A stretch of 64,000 nucleotides of DNA from the NCBI GenBank assembly GCA_976551045.1, contig CDPCPM010000029.1:33418001-33482000 (forward strand). The letters are read 5' to 3'. The translations under genes and the position numbers were made by a program. Below, one piece after another: positions 62,460-64,000 of this stretch. Positions within the stretch are counted from its first letter, which is position 1, and every line of letters starts with the position of its first letter. Under the pieces are notes generated by a model. The model was not told where the DNA came from and ran no database searches. It worked only from the letters and a program-made list of their open reading frames with translations. The stretch is from Glaucostegus cemiculus (Eukaryota).

Positions 62460-63090
62460 ATCTTGAATTAAAAAAACAGGGTGTGGTAAAATATGTAAAA
62501 ATGTTGCACCGGTGTGACTTTATCAGAAGGCTGACAAACTACAAAGGGAGAATTCAAGATTTTCAGACAAAATATTCCATCAAAGAAACAAGTTTTAATG
62601 TTTTGTGTGCATGGAAACAGGTGAAGTGTGAAATACACCATGAAGATGATGGTGAAAACCATGACTTCTTGTCATATTTGAAGAAGGTCATCTGATCAAG
62701 AAGAACTTGTTGCAGGATTTTGTGTGTGTAAAGGCAAGCAGGTGGTGACTGTGTGTGACGAAATCACAGAATTAATGTACTGTGGAAGTGCTGAAAATCC
62801 AGTGAAAATACTTTCAAGAGGTGAAGTAGATAAGTGGCTGGAAATTGACAAGGATACTCCTGTGATTTTAAATACTGAAGAAATCATAGAAAATGATTTG
62901 AATTGTAACAAACCTAAAGTTCAAGAAGAAAATAAGGATGATGAAGAGGTGCCAGAGAAAAAGGTCATTTTGAATATTGTTGATGAAGGATTCAAAATTG
63001 TTTTAAAAATGGTTGAGCAATAAAATTGCTTTTCTGCTCAAACTGTAATGTAGTTTCATCTTCTTCATTCACACTTTTTGCATGAGGGAA
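62460..63090 (+). pseudogene. pogo/Tigger-type transposase C-terminal fossil
   Basis: KQGVVKYVKMLHRCDFIRRL..DFQTKYSIKETSFNVLCAWKQVK resembles DQGVI...K..YR..F...IKDAI..VA.AW..V of DDE_1 proteins; acidic tail EVDKWLEIDKDTPV..TEEII..DDEEVPEKKV. Confidence 0.65.
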
Positions 63091-64000
63091 GGTAGGCAGA
63101 CAATTAAATGGATACTAAAGTTCCATTGAACCTGATAAAATGCCATTAGATTATCCAGAACACAGCAAACAAATTGCATTGCCCTTTTGACATTTAGAAT
63201 TAAGTGATTTTAACTTAAGTGGTAGCCTAGCCCAGGCTAAACTATGCATATAAGTCTATGCATCGACTACATAACATTATATTGTGAGGTGCTTTTTGAA
63301 AATAAACTCAACAGTAGATTTTATTTCAAGTGTTTCATAACATAAGTGTGAAAAGACATTTTTAGGTTTTTTTTATAAGGGTAGTGCAGTTGTGGACTTA
63401 TTGGCAGCCACATTTTCTTTGAAGGTTTAACACCTCGTGCTGTGAGAACAGTCATTCTCAGTCATTACTTTGATTTATTTTCGCTGTATTTTACATTAAC
63501 GTTGTTTAGCCTTAAAATATGGAACCGCAGCGTAAAACATTGTTATTTTAAAGGACATGGAAATAAATGCCAGTATTCCATGCATTATTTGGCAATTTAT
63601 TTAAAGATTCGCACATTGAATGTGTGTGATGTACAGTAATGTTTTGTTTGAGTAGTTCTCATGCAAATACACCCCCACTTCTCCAAGTATGCCCAATGGC
63701 AAAGAGTATGCTGTAAACTGAATACTCTCAGCCATCCGAGGGGAGGGGGAGTGTCAAAGCTGAGGGCAACTAGCTACAAACCTAGACATTAGGTACATCG
63801 ATAGCTCACAACAAAGGTGGATTGTCTGTTGCAAACATACAGACAAAAATGAACCACAGACAACTGGAACTGAACAATGATTACAGAACCTCAGAAAACC
63901 ATGCTAAAGAAATTGGCCATTGACAAATATTCCATGAAAAAGGTAAGGAGACTGGAAGCTATGCTGGCCATTCACACAGAGGCCATTTTTAAACAACACA

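Overview
This is eukaryotic, AT-rich, non-genic (intronic or intergenic) DNA with no intact host gene that I can identify. The repeat complement (HER1-like CR1 LINEs, HE1-like V-SINEs, a Deu-domain SINE remnant, Penelope elements) suggests a cartilaginous fish; that is an inference from repeat content. Nearly all informative ORFs are retroelement fragments. CR1 is represented by one near-full-length copy (4654-8529: zipper and SGNH esterase ORF1, APE-RT ORF2 with a 706-aa open frame) and many 5'-truncated copies from several subfamilies. Also present: Rex1/Babar, Tx1 (L1 clade), RTE and L2 fossils, Penelope-like GIY-YIG remnants, tRNA-derived SINEs, a Tigger-like MITE and transposase fossil, and an assembly gap. 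The most notable observations are: (1) minimal type-I hammerhead ribozyme motifs in the Penelope-derived ends; (2) inverted Penelope-end structures at three size scales, including a ~200-bp palindrome with two back-to-back hammerhead remnants; (3) two V-SINE types that share head and body but carry different LINE-derived tails, one CR1-like and one Rex1-like with a conserved stem-loop; (4) several nested insertions giving a relative chronology; (5) two weak candidate host exons and several enhancer-like unique segments. All alignments were done by eye and boundaries of old repeats are approximate. I found no convincing wholly new protein-coding system.
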